Origin: an uncultured delta proteobacterium | GTDB taxonomy: Bacteria > Desulfobacterota > Desulfobacteria > Desulfobacterales > Desulfatirhabdiaceae | Length of the DNA: 64,000 nucleotides | Assembly (NCBI GenBank): GCA_963789395.1 | Contig: CAWBKP010000012.1 | Location: 160,001-224,000, forward strand | Direction: 5' to 3' | In this document: positions 1-10,295 of the stretch, in pieces | Layout: every line of letters starts with the position of its first letter | How positions within the stretch are numbered: position 1 is the stretch's first letter | Translations under genes and position numbers: made by a program | Notes under the pieces: model-generated | What the model saw: only the letters and a program-made list of their open reading frames with translations | Database searches by the model: none | What the model was told of the DNA's origin: nothing

Positions 1-164
1 TTGAACCGGGAATTGCGCTGTTGTCTCAAATCTGCTTTTGATTGGACACCATTTACAGCGCAGACACACTTTAATTATGAGTATCGTCAAAAATTGACCG
101 GAGGAGAAGGTACAGTTTTAAATTATAATATAGGGGCAGATTTGCATACTGGGTGGGAATTTGC

Positions 165-485
165 TCAACCAAGAAACCATTGCCAGCCGAGGAAAATTCC
201 CATGCCTGCCACGATAGTTGTCAGAAGGTTTTTTGTCCACCATCCGACAATAAAGGCGCCGATACCGCCGATAAGGTAGGGATTCTCATAAGAGACCATC
301 GGGGCTTGGCCTGACGGAAAGATAATGGCCGGCAGGATGATGGCCGTAAGAACTGCCGGGGGCACATAGGTGAGCGTCCGTTCGAGCAGTTTCGGAAACG
401 CCATGCGTCCGGATGCCGGGTGCATCACATAGCGTATGAGAAACGTGACCCCTGCCATTCCGGCTACTAGATAGACTTCATTCAT
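165..485 (-). CDS. azlD: AzlD-family branched-chain amino acid exporter, small subunit
   Basis: True start MNEVYLVAGMAGVTFLIRY lies inside the longer track ORF; AzlD-like motifs T(F)LIRY and YVPPAVLTAII; overlaps the azlC stop. Confidence 0.85.
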   Translation of the reverse strand: MNEVYLVAGMAGVTFLIRYVMHPASGRMAFPKLLERTLTYVPPAVLTAIILPAIIFPSGQAPMVSYENPYLIGGIGAFIVGWWTKNLLTTIVAGMGIFLGWQWFLG

Positions 486-1237
486 CGTTTCCGATTCCTT
501 TCGCTTATAAGTTCCCAGATGATGCCGGCGGCAACGCCTGAAAGGGCTGCGATCATGAGCCCCAGTTTGTGGGGAAGGCTGTTTGTGATCAGGGCAACGC
601 CGCCTGCCGTGATGACCGATGCCCACATGGGACTGTTTGTCAGGTAGGGGATCACCATGCCGATAAATGTGGCCGGCATGGCAAAATCGAGTCCCATGGT
701 TGCGATTCCCGGGAATGTTTTTCCCATGGTCAGTCCGATCAACGTACACATATTCCAGTTGGCATACATAAAGACCATGGAGCCCAGATTATAAAAATGC
801 TTGTGCTCCGAATTGTCTTTTTTGCGGTATCTGCCGATGGCTACGGCAAAGGTTTCATCCGTAAGGCCGAAACTCAGCACGATTTTCCAGAAATGGGAGA
901 GCTTTTTGTAATAAGGGACCATCGAAGCACCGTATAGGAGGTGCCTGAGATTGACGACAAAGGTCGTTATGACGATGATCGGCCACGCAGTACCTGCTGC
1001 GACCAGCCCTGCGGCGATAAATTGGGAAGCGCCGGCAAAAACGAACAGGGACATTCCCATGGCTGCCCAGAAGCTCAGTCCTTCGGTCCCTGCCAGGGTT
1101 CCGAATATAATGCCGAAAGGAACGGCGCCGACCACCAGGGGGAAGGTGTCCTTGAAGCCGGAAATGAACTCTTTTGAAGGGGAACCATGAGCTTCAGCAG
1201 CAGTGGTTTGTAACTGTATCGGTTGTGAGGTTTCCAT
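482..1237 (-). CDS. azlC: AzlC-family branched-chain amino acid exporter permease
   Basis: Motifs MSLFVFAGASQF, VNLRHLLYGAS, FGLTDETFA, GLDFAMPA. Confidence 0.92.
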   Translation of the reverse strand: METSQPIQLQTTAAEAHGSPSKEFISGFKDTFPLVVGAVPFGIIFGTLAGTEGLSFWAAMGMSLFVFAGASQFIAAGLVAAGTAWPIIVITTFVVNLRHLLYGASMVPYYKKLSHFWKIVLSFGLTDETFAVAIGRYRKKDNSEHKHFYNLGSMVFMYANWNMCTLIGLTMGKTFPGIATMGLDFAMPATFIGMVIPYLTNSPMWASVITAGGVALITNSLPHKLGLMIAALSGVAAGIIWELISERNRKR

Positions 1238-1386
1238 GGATCTCCTCTGGTCCGGATCAGCAGGCAGGATAGAGGGCTGCCCATCAGAAATTTCACTTGT
1301 AATTCGACCAAGCCCGTTGTACTCTTTAGCGAACTTTTGGTTGTTATACTATTAATTAATCGTTATAGTGTCAATATATTTGTTAT

Positions 1387-1941
1387 ATGGAACAGTCAAT
1401 AGAAGCGATTTCAGCAAATCTCAAAGGGTATCGGGAAAGCCGGAACCTGAGTCTGGACCAGCTCTCTGAGCTAACCGGCGTCAGTAAAAGTATGCTCAGG
1501 CAGATAGAAACCGGACAATCGAATCCCACCATTGCAACCATCTGGAAAATAGCAAATGGACTTCGCGTATCGTTTACGTCACTTCTCAGAAAACCGTCAA
1601 TCGAAGCAAGTGTAAAGTCCTTTTGTGAAGAAAAGCCGTTGACTGCTGAATCCGAGCATTATCGCGTCTTTCCTTTGATTCCGTTCGATCCCCAGCGTCC
1701 CCATGAAACGTATTACATTGAAGTTGATCCCGGGACGGTTTTCCATGGAGAACCCCATAAAGGGAATGTTTATGAGTATGTGTTTGTTACCAGGGGATCG
1801 CTTGAGATCGTTGTGGATGGAAAAGCCTTCACGGTGAATGAAAAAGAATTCCTGCAGTTTCAGGCCGATTGTCCCCATGCGTACCGGTGTCTGGGAAGCG
1901 CCATGACATCGGCTATCATGCAGATCAGTTACAGCATCTGA
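1387..1941 (+). CDS. XRE-family HTH plus cupin transcriptional regulator
   Basis: N-terminal HTH (LSLDQLSELTGVSKSMLRQIETGQSNPTI); C-terminal cupin (EPH...E...FQADCPHAY); divergent from azlCD. Confidence 0.9.
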   Translation: MEQSIEAISANLKGYRESRNLSLDQLSELTGVSKSMLRQIETGQSNPTIATIWKIANGLRVSFTSLLRKPSIEASVKSFCEEKPLTAESEHYRVFPLIPFDPQRPHETYYIEVDPGTVFHGEPHKGNVYEYVFVTRGSLEIVVDGKAFTVNEKEFLQFQADCPHAYRCLGSAMTSAIMQISYSI

Positions 1942-2011
1942 GCGCCGGGTGGTCACACATGCCATCCCCGCCGTATCGACAGTTCAACCATTACTCAGAA
2001 AGGAGGACACC

Positions 2012-2476
2012 ATGGGAGAAATCATCCATCAATCGCACATCACGATTACACGCGAAAAGGGACCCACCCGCATCGCCCACATCCGGGGGTTTGACCAGCC
2101 GGTATACTATGGCGTGCACGGTGGGATTAAGAAATTTTACAATGTCGAGCCGGAAGAGGAACACGCCGCCACCCTGGATCATCTGGTCGGCGCGGTGGGC
2201 GGGTGAATGATGGGCACATTGGCCGCGGAGCTGGCCAAAAAAAAGATCAGAACCTTTCAGGATCGCTACATGGCGACGGTCACCGGCGATATCGAGGCTG
2301 TCAACGGCGTGCTGAAAATCGTGCGCATTCACGTCCACTATAACCTGAAGCTGCCGGCGGACAAGCGCACGGATGCCCAAGAGGCATTCAACAATTACAT
2401 TACCTTTTGCCCGGCCGCTCAGAGCGTGGTTGAGGCGATCAAGATAACCCATGAGCTGGAGATGGCGGACGATTAG
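2012..2476 (+). CDS. OsmC/Ohr-family protein, probable selenoprotein (in-frame TGA at 2204-2206)
   Basis: RBS AGGAGG then ATG 2012; track ORFs 1949..2206 and 2207..2476 are in the same frame, separated only by TGA; DHLVGAVGG-U-MMGTL matches the OsmC first-Cys helix; second Cys in FCPAAQS; SECIS-like hairpin follows. Confidence 0.8.
2219..2238 (+). promoter_or_regulatory. Bacterial SECIS-like stem-loop
   Basis: TTGGCC-GC-GGA-GC-T-GGCCAA: 6+2 bp stem, G-first apical loop, bulged U; starts 12 nt after the UGA. Confidence 0.7.
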
Positions 2477-2563
2477 GCTGACGGTGCGAATTGAAGCCGC
2501 CATGTAACTCGCCGTTGACCGAGGATGCCGGACATATTTGATGTGAAATCGGGGAGGAATTTC

Positions 2564-3442
2564 ATGAAAGACTGCAGAATGATCCGTAAAATTATCCAGG
2601 CCAGACCAACGATTGAAGGGGCCGGCGTTCACCTGATGCGGGTGTTCGGCAACAGCGAAGTGCCGCTGTTCGACCCATTTCTGCTGCTTGACGATTTCCG
2701 TTCCGGCACTCCAGACCACTATCTGGCCGGGTTTCCCTGGCATCCGCATCGCGGGATCGAAACGATTACTTATGTCCTGAACGGCGAGGTGGCGCACGGG
2801 GACAGCATGGGAAATTCGGGCATTATCTCCGCCGGCGATACCCAGTGGATGACCGCCGGAAGCGGCATCGTTCACCAGGAAATGCCCCGCGGAGACGATC
2901 ACGGCAGGATGGAGGGTTTTCAGCTCTGGGCGAACCTGCCCGGATCACACAAGATGATGGCGCCGCGCTATCGCGACATCAAGCGCTCCCAGGTTCCGCA
3001 AGTTTCGCTCGAAAGCGGTGCAAGGATCAAGATTATCTGCGGCAGGGTAGGGGAGCACGAAGGCCCGGTCACGGGGATCATCATTGACCCCGAGTATCTC
3101 GACGTCACGGTTCCCGGCAATGTCCTGTTTGAGCATCCTGCTCGGCGCGGCCGCACCGTGTTCGCCTATGTCATCGAAGGGCAGGGGTATTTCGATGAAA
3201 CGAAAAACCGCCTGATGGGGAACGGCAGGCTCTGCCTTTATGCTGACGGGGATCATATTTCCGTCACAACAGCTGAAGCGCCTGTCCGGTTCCTGCTCAT
3301 ATCGGGCAACCCCATCGGCGAGCCGGTGGCCTGGTACGGCCCGATCGTCATGAACACCGACGAAGAGCTGAAGATCGCGTTTGAAGAGTACCGGAGCGGA
3401 ACATTTATTAAACACGAAAAACCGCCGGGCACACCGTTCTAA
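2564..3442 (+). CDS. Pirin family protein
   Basis: Motifs DPFLLLDDF, GFPWHPHRGIETITY, QWMTAGSGIVHQE, QLWANLP, GPIVMNT; RBS GGGAGG before ATG 2564. Confidence 0.93.
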   Translation: MKDCRMIRKIIQARPTIEGAGVHLMRVFGNSEVPLFDPFLLLDDFRSGTPDHYLAGFPWHPHRGIETITYVLNGEVAHGDSMGNSGIISAGDTQWMTAGSGIVHQEMPRGDDHGRMEGFQLWANLPGSHKMMAPRYRDIKRSQVPQVSLESGARIKIICGRVGEHEGPVTGIIIDPEYLDVTVPGNVLFEHPARRGRTVFAYVIEGQGYFDETKNRLMGNGRLCLYADGDHISVTTAEAPVRFLLISGNPIGEPVAWYGPIVMNTDEELKIAFEEYRSGTFIKHEKPPGTPF

Positions 3443-3487
3443 TCTTATGAACGGTGTGCGAAAAACCCTGCCCCCAGGGCGGGGGTT
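3429..3487. terminator. Tandem hairpins between convergent pirin and acyl-CoA dehydrogenase genes; probable terminator
   Basis: Perfect 11-bp inverted repeat GCACACCGTTC/GAACGGTGTGC (3429-3459); GC-rich hairpin AACCCTGCCC/GGGCGGGGGTT (3464-3487) with an adjacent A-run. Confidence 0.55.
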
Positions 3488-3526
3488 AGAAAATGTTCTC
3501 CGCAACAACCACCGTTTCCATTTTGC

Positions 3527-5347
3527 TTACTGTCCGCCAAAGGCGGCATCGGAAATTTCCACGGCAGCACCGTTTGTCCTGAAAATTGCGTTCATCTTTC
3601 CAAGTGTCACCGGCAGCACCGAATTTATGAAAAACTCCGCGCTTTTCAACTGGCCTTCGTAAAATGCCGCATCCTTTTTCGATGTGCCATTATTCAGCGC
3701 GGATGCCGCCAGCTGTGCCCGCCACAGGAGCATCCAGGCCATAATGACATCGCCCATGACGTCCAGAAAGGGATGCGCATGGGCAAATGCCGCGGCCAGC
3801 CGGGATGACGCCGCCGTCTGACCCAGATGCCGGGCAATCTCTCCCAGGCGGTTGACTGCGGCCGCAGTTTCAATGGCGAGCGGCTTCAATCCCTTTAGTC
3901 TCTTTGGCCAGGGAAATGGTTTTCTGAATCTGCTCAATGAAAAACTTGAAAATCGCGCCTTTCTGCAGGCCCAGTTTTCGTCCCAGAAGGTCCATGGCCT
4001 GAATGCCGTTGGTGCCCTCGTACAGGGAGGTGATCTTGCAATCCCGCGCCAGCTGCTCCACCGGGTACTCCCGGATATATCCGTATCCGCCGTAAACCTG
4101 AATGGCCTGAATGCAGGTTTCAAAGCCGCGTTCGCTGCAATATGCCTTGATCACCGGCGTCAGCAGTTCGGCCAGGTCATTGCATTGCTGCCGTAATTTG
4201 CGGATCGCCGGTGCAGGCCATCTGATCAAATAGACTGCTGACATAATAAATCAGACTGCGCATCCCTTCCACATGCGCTTTCATCCACAGCAGCATCCGC
4301 CGGACATCCGGATGCCGGATGATCGGCACCTGGGGCGCATCGGGGTCTTTCCCGGCAGCCAGATCCCGGCCCTGAAGGCGCTCCCTGGCATAATTCAGGG
4401 CATAGAGATAGGCGGACGATCCGGCGTTCAGTCCCTGAAACCCCACATCCAGCCGGGCTTCGTTCATCATGTGGAACATGATCTTCATGCCCAGGTTTTC
4501 CTCGCCCAGCAACAGGCCGCGGCACTTTCCCCGGCTGCCCAGCGCCAGGCTGCAGGTGGCGCTGCCGTGAATGCCCATTTTCTCTTCAATGCCGGTGCAC
4601 ACTACATCATTGGGCTCTCCCAGACTGCCGTCCGCATTAACCCAGATCTTGGGTACGATAAAAATGGAAATGCCGCGGGTTCCCTCCGGCGCACCCTCCA
4701 TCCGGGCCAGTACCGGGTGAATGATGTTTTCGGACAGGTCGTGCTCGCCGTTGGTGATAAATATCTTGTTGCCGGTAAGGGTATAGGTGCCGTCCGGGTT
4801 TTTTACCGCCGTTGTGGTCAGGGCGCCCACATCCGATCCGGCATTGGCTTCGGTTAGAAGCATGGTTCCGCCCCAATGGCCGGTATACAGCTTTTTGAGG
4901 AAAAGCGATTTCTGCTCCGCCGGTTCCGTAAAGCTCGATCATTTTGCCGGTGCCGTGTCCCATCATGGCATAGCCGGTCAGGGTGCCGTTTGCACCTGCC
5001 AGGTACTCGGCCGCAGCCTTGGCAATGGCGTGCGGCATGCCCTGGCCGCCGGACTCAGGCGCCTCGGCCATGGATGTCCATTCTCCTTCCAGAAGGAGCT
5101 TATGCGCGCGGTGATAACTTTCCGGCACTTTGACCTGCCCGTTTTCCAGACGCACGCCGATGCGATCCCCATCCACCCGTGTCGGTAGAATCTCCTTGAC
5201 GCCGAAATTGCGCGCCTCGGAGAGGATGATGTCAAACGTCTTTTTATTCAATCCTGCAAATTTCTCTTCCTTGACCAGATCCTGAACATGGATCTGTTCA
5301 TACAGCACAAAATCCATGTCCCTGCGATCGGCAATCAACTGAGCCAT
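3527..5347 (-). CDS. Acyl-CoA dehydrogenase (long ~600-aa type), three apparent +1 frameshifts near 4920, 4195 and 3895
   Basis: Consecutive fragments MAQLIADRRD / MLLTEANAGSDVG...GIEEKMGIHGSATC...MMNEARL / QVYGGYGYIREYP...LYEGTNGIQAMDL / C-terminal FYEGQLKSAEFF; each junction is repaired by removing one base. Confidence 0.88.
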
Positions 5348-5506
5348 ATTCACAACCCTCCGTAACCTGATTTTGCAAAATGAAGAATCATTTTTTTTGT
5401 TACACTGATTTCAAAGCGATTGCAAAATAAACTGTAGTCGAATAGTGTGAGGCAAGGATTTAACTGCAAACCGATATTCGACATTGAACATATTATGGAG
5501 GAATGC

Positions 5507-6064
5507 ATGCAGGAGATTCGTTTCCATGGAAGAGGCGGGCAGGGGGCAGTCATCGGGTCCGAAGTGCTTGCGCATGCTTTTTTTATTGAGGGAAAATTCG
5601 TTCAGGCGTTTCCGGCGTTTGGCGTGGAGCGCCGGGGGGCGCCGGTCACGGCTTTCTGCCGTATTGATGACCGGCATATCAACTTGCGGAGCCAGATTTA
5701 CCACCCGGATCATGTAGTGGTGCTCGATGCTTCCATGATTGAAAACGTGAATGTGATCGAGGGGTTGAAAAATAACGGTAGTATTTTGATCAACAGCCCT
5801 CGATCACCTGAAGTTTTCAAGAAAATATTTGGTGACGATTTCCGGCTTTTCGTGATTGATGCGGCTGCCATCGCTGTTTCGCATCAGCTTGGTTCCGACG
5901 CCAACCCCATTGTCAATACGGCCATTCTGGGGGCTTTTTCAAAAGCCACGGGTCTGGTCGGAATCCATGCCGTCCTGCAGGCCATTGAAGAATATGTGCC
6001 GGTGAAAAAAAAACAGAATCAGCTGGCGGCCCATGCTGCTTATGATCAGGTGGTGGCATGCTGA
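5507..6064 (+). CDS. porC: Pyruvate/2-oxoacid:ferredoxin oxidoreductase gamma subunit
   Basis: EIRFHGRGGQG, FGVERRGAPV, IVNTAILGAF; RBS GGAGG. Confidence 0.9.
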   Translation: MQEIRFHGRGGQGAVIGSEVLAHAFFIEGKFVQAFPAFGVERRGAPVTAFCRIDDRHINLRSQIYHPDHVVVLDASMIENVNVIEGLKNNGSILINSPRSPEVFKKIFGDDFRLFVIDAAAIAVSHQLGSDANPIVNTAILGAFSKATGLVGIHAVLQAIEEYVPVKKKQNQLAAHAAYDQVVAC

Positions 6065-6172
6065 CGGGTTTTCGCAAATAGCATCCTTTGATGAACTTGT
6101 AAAAAAAATAAATTTTGGACGGGTTCGTAAAAAGTTCGCAGGAATCATAGTCTGAGGAAAGGAAGAGAATTT

Positions 6173-7978
6173 ATGGCGGTGGAAAAGCGAAGTGAGAAGG
6201 CGAAAAAACACCAGTTCAGGTCGTATCGCGATATCACACCGATGCATGTTTCCCTCGGGAACATGCTCTTCAATAAAACCGGAAGCTGGCGGTTTATCAA
6301 GCCCATCTATGAAGACAAGATTCCGGCATGCCAGAACGCCTGCCCCGCGGGAAACGATATCGAAGGCTGGGTCACACTTCTTCAAAAAAAAGAATTTGAA
6401 AAAGCCTACTGGCATCTCAAACGGGAAGAGCCGTTTCCTGCGATACTTGGCCGGGTTTGTTTCCGATTCTGCGAGGACGCCTGCAACCGGGCCGGTCTGG
6501 ATGACTGCATCCGCATCCAGGAACTGGAGCGGTTTGTCGGAGAGAGCGTCACGCCTGCAACCCCACATCCTGAACTGCCAGAACTAAACGGAAAACGTCT
6601 GGCCGTTGTCGGCTCCGGTCCATCGGGCATGTCCGTTGCCTATTTTGCCAGACTCCTTGGATTCGGCGTGACGATGTTCGACAAGGAAGCATTGCTGGGA
6701 GGCGTCTTGCGGCTGGGCATTCCCGGTTATCGCCTCCCCGCAAAGATAGTTGCCGATGAATTCGCAGGACTCTCCCTTATGGGCATTGAACTGCGACCCC
6801 ATACGGAAATCGGCAAAGACATTTCCTTTGAAACCCTTACCTCAACTTTCGACTATGTATTTCTGGCCACCGGCGCGCACCGAAGCATCCCCCTGGAACT
6901 TACGGAAAATACAGCCTGCTGTCAGATCATGAGCGCACTGACGCTGCTCAAACAGGTCGCCCGAGGTGAAACCGTCGTGCTGGGAAGGCAGGTGGTGGTG
7001 ATCGGCGGCGGCAATACAGCCATTGATGCAGCCAGAACTGCTGTTCGCATGGGCTGTCAGGCTACCATCATTTATCGAAGGTCCTTAACGGAAATGCCGG
7101 CCCATCCTGAGGAAGTCAAGGAAGCCGAAGAAGAAGGGGTCATTTTCCGTTTTCTGGCAGCTCCCGAGGATATCGCGCTGAATCCGGATGCATCCATTGA
7201 AAAGCTCGTTTGCTGTGAAATGGAACTTGGCCCGGCCGACGAGAGCGGCCGCTGCCGCCCCATCCGCAAGGAAGGCGCCACATTTGACATTCCAGCGGAT
7301 ACCATCTTGATGGCCATCGGTGAAAAACCGGATTTCGATTATCTGGGCAGGCTCGCCCCCTCAGTCGACACCTTCATTGCCACCCGTGAAGATTTATCCG
7401 TTTCATCCGATCCTATCCAGGGGGCAAAGGTATTTGCGGGCGGCGATATGATCGACACGCCGCATACGGTTGTTCATGCCGTTGCCGCCGGCAAGAGAGC
7501 CGCCATCGCCATGGACTGTGACCGAAGAGGAATTTTGTTTTCCGATGTCCTGAATCAGATCCGCATCGGCAGCGGCAGCACCCTCAGTTTTTCCAGTTAC
7601 GTGAACTGGACCCCGGTGAACCCCGTTAACCGGAATGATCAGAAAGTGGTGGATTCAACAAAAATCGTTTATGATTATTTCGTTAAATCAAAAGGATGTG
7701 ACAAAGCGATTCTACCTCCCGAAGTGCGAAAACAGTCTTTTGAACCGTATCGTGCAACCTTTTCCGAATCGGCGGCGATTCATGAAATCGAGCGCTGCAT
7801 GCACTGCGGCCGCTGTACGGAATGCGATAACTGCCTGATCTTCTGCCCGGATGTGTCGATTCTGGATCAAGACAGCGGATCATTCGGATACGCCATCGAT
7901 TATGACTATTGCAAAGGATGCGGCATTTGTTTTACGGAATGCCCGCGTCATGCCATCACCATGATATCTGAGGACTGA
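6173..7978 (+). CDS. PorD-like delta subunit fused with a GltD/NfnL/DsrL-like FAD- and NAD(P)H-binding Fe-S oxidoreductase
   Basis: N-terminal KTGSWR..KP (PorD-like); CQNACPAG / GRVCFRFCEDAC clusters; GSGPSG (FAD); GGGNTAID and YRRS (NADP-type); C-terminal CMHCGRCTECDNCLIFCPD and DYDYCKGCGICFTECP. Confidence 0.85.
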   Translation: MAVEKRSEKAKKHQFRSYRDITPMHVSLGNMLFNKTGSWRFIKPIYEDKIPACQNACPAGNDIEGWVTLLQKKEFEKAYWHLKREEPFPAILGRVCFRFCEDACNRAGLDDCIRIQELERFVGESVTPATPHPELPELNGKRLAVVGSGPSGMSVAYFARLLGFGVTMFDKEALLGGVLRLGIPGYRLPAKIVADEFAGLSLMGIELRPHTEIGKDISFETLTSTFDYVFLATGAHRSIPLELTENTACCQIMSALTLLKQVARGETVVLGRQVVVIGGGNTAIDAARTAVRMGCQATIIYRRSLTEMPAHPEEVKEAEEEGVIFRFLAAPEDIALNPDASIEKLVCCEMELGPADESGRCRPIRKEGATFDIPADTILMAIGEKPDFDYLGRLAPSVDTFIATREDLSVSSDPIQGAKVFAGGDMIDTPHTVVHAVAAGKRAAIAMDCDRRGILFSDVLNQIRIGSGSTLSFSSYVNWTPVNPVNRNDQKVVDSTKIVYDYFVKSKGCDKAILPPEVRKQSFEPYRATFSESAAIHEIERCMHCGRCTECDNCLIFCPDVSILDQDSGSFGYAIDYDYCKGCGICFTECPRHAITMISED

Positions 7979-7996
7979 AAAAGATTGGAGGAATGA

Positions 7997-9150
7997 TTGA
8001 AAAAGGCGATTAAAGGCAATCATGCGGTTTCTTACGGCGTAAAGCTGAGCAAGGTGGGCGTCATATCGGCATATCCCATCACACCGCAGACAACGATCGT
8101 TGAAGAATTGTCAGAGATGTGCGCCGGCGGAGTCCTGGATGCGCGGTTTATCAAGGTTGAAAGCGAGCATTCGGCAATGGCCGCCATGATCGGCGCCGCA
8201 ACCGCCGGGGTTCGCACATTTACGGCGACCAGCGGCAACGGCCTGCTCCTGATGCACGAGGTGCTGCACTGGACTGCCGGCGCCAGGCTGCCCATCGTCA
8301 TGGCCAATGTCAACCGGGCCGTCAGCGGCGTGTGGAACATCTGGGCAGAGCAGACAGATTCCCTGGCGCAGCGCGACACGGGCTGGATTCAGATATACTG
8401 CGAATCCAGCCAGGAGCTTCTGGACGGGGTCATCATGGCTTACAAGCTGGCGGAAAAGGTCATGCTCCCTGTGATGATCGCCTATGATGCCTTTTTTTTA
8501 AGCCATACCACGGAAATTGTCGATATCCCCGATGCGGATACCGTGGATCGGTTCATTCCGCCGTATGTCCCGCCGGTAAGCCTGAATTTCGATGATCCCA
8601 GAATGTTCGGGGGATTTTTTGCCACGGATTATTTTTATGAACACCGGTATACCCTGCAGCAGGCTTCTGACGAGGCGCTATGCTATTATCCGGAGGTTTG
8701 CCGGGAATTTCATCGCGGTTTCGGCCGCAGATATGATCTGGTCGAAACCTATCGAACCGAAGACGCGGATGTTATTCTGGTTACGGCAGGTGCGATTACC
8801 TCGGTATCCCGCATTGCCATTGATGCATATCGTGACAGGGGTGAGCCCATCGGCCTGATGAAGCTGCGCATGTTCAGGCCCGTTCCAGTTGACTGCTGGC
8901 GGGAGGTTCTGGGAAAAGCCGCAAGGGTCGTTGTCATCGATCGCAATCTGTCCCCGGGGGGGGCGGCGTGTTTGCCGCGGAAATCCGCTCCGTGCTTTAT
9001 GCCTTGGCTCATCGTCCGCCGATTTATTCCGTAATTGCGGGGTTGGGCGGCCGTGATGTCACACCGGAGGATGTGGAGGGGATTCTCACACATGTACTTT
9101 CTCAAGACACCCCATCTGATGCGCCCTTGTTCTGGGGCTTGAAAAAATAG
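7997..9150 (+). CDS. porA: 2-oxoacid:ferredoxin oxidoreductase alpha subunit; frameshift in the G-run near 8956-8963
   Basis: AYPITPQT, VESEHSAMAA, FTATS; C-terminus continues in ORF 8968..9150 (GLGGRDVT). Confidence 0.9.
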
Positions 9151-9159
9151 AGGTTCATT

Positions 9160-10110
9160 ATGCAAAAAATGATAGATATTCCCCGACGAGTCCTTGTTGA
9201 AGAGGAGCTGATGCAGCCGGGAATGACATCGTGCCAAGGCTGCGCAGCCCCTTTGTCCATGAAGATCGCTTTAAAGGCATTGGGGCAGCGGACCGTTGTC
9301 GTGTTTCCCGCCTGCTGTTTCGCCGTTTTTGTCGGCGGGTACCCGTATTCAAGCCTCAAGGTTCCGGTCATTCATTGTCCCTTTGCAACCGCAGCGGTCG
9401 TTGCCTCAGGTGCGGCAGCTGCCCTGGATGTCCGGGGAGAAAAAGATGTGGTGGTAATGGTATGGGCAGGGGATGGCGGCACCTTCGATATCGGCATCCA
9501 GGCCCTTTCCGGCGCTGCGGAACGCAACGAGAACATCCTTTTCGTCTGTTATGACAACGAGGCTTACATGAATACCGGCATTCAACGCTCCAGCGCAACC
9601 CCCATGGGCGCCTGGACTACAACCACGCCTGCCGGGTCCATCAAGGAAGAATCCAAAAAAGATATCGAGCAGATCATGCTGGCCCATCATATATCCTATA
9701 TGGCCACTGCATCGGCGGCTTATCCGGATGACCTGTTCCGGAAATTTCAAAAAGCGCGCCGGATTACCGGCATGAAATTCATCCACCTTTTGTCCGGATG
9801 CCCCCCCGGGTGGCGCATCGATCCCGCCAAAACGATTCAGGTCATGCGCCTGGCGACCCAGGCCAATGTATTTCCCATCTATGAAGTGAAAAAACGGCGC
9901 TTTTCAATAGATTCTGAACCCTTGGAAGAAGACTGGGAATACACCGTCAATGTCTTTCCGGAAAGAGAAGTTCCCGTAAAAACGTATTTTAAGTCACAGG
10001 GACGATTCGGGCTGATGACGGATGAGATGATCGAAGACGCCCAGAAAAGGGTGGACCGGAAGTGGCAGGAGCTGATTCAAAAACAGGGCGAGCGCATCGC
10101 TTCGAAATAA
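9160..10110 (+). CDS. porB: 2-oxoacid:ferredoxin oxidoreductase beta (TPP-binding) subunit
   Basis: CQGC, GDGGTFDIG, YDNEAYMNTGIQRS, CPPGW. Confidence 0.92.
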   Translation: MQKMIDIPRRVLVEEELMQPGMTSCQGCAAPLSMKIALKALGQRTVVVFPACCFAVFVGGYPYSSLKVPVIHCPFATAAVVASGAAAALDVRGEKDVVVMVWAGDGGTFDIGIQALSGAAERNENILFVCYDNEAYMNTGIQRSSATPMGAWTTTTPAGSIKEESKKDIEQIMLAHHISYMATASAAYPDDLFRKFQKARRITGMKFIHLLSGCPPGWRIDPAKTIQVMRLATQANVFPIYEVKKRRFSIDSEPLEEDWEYTVNVFPEREVPVKTYFKSQGRFGLMTDEMIEDAQKRVDRKWQELIQKQGERIASK

Positions 10111-10295
10111 CTGCCGGTACCATCAAAAAATATTTCAGAAGAACCTTTCAGACAAACGCGGCAGGTTGACCGGTAAACGCACGGCCGTCGGGCTTCACAG
10201 CTTCTCCCCTGATCCAAATGAGGGGCAGGGGAGAGAACTCTTTGAAATCCCTTTTATTGCAAACTTTGCCTGGATAGGCCTTATGGCACTGCCGA

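Noticed and set aside
1991..2902. Long antisense and shadow ORFs (e.g. 1991..2902 minus, 34754..35554 minus, 44406..45194 plus)
   Set aside because: They overlap well-supported genes on the opposite strand and have no motifs of their own
8951..8965. G-run frameshift in porA as programmed frameshifting or phase variation
   Set aside because: Cannot be told apart from a homopolymer sequencing error given the indel rate in this window
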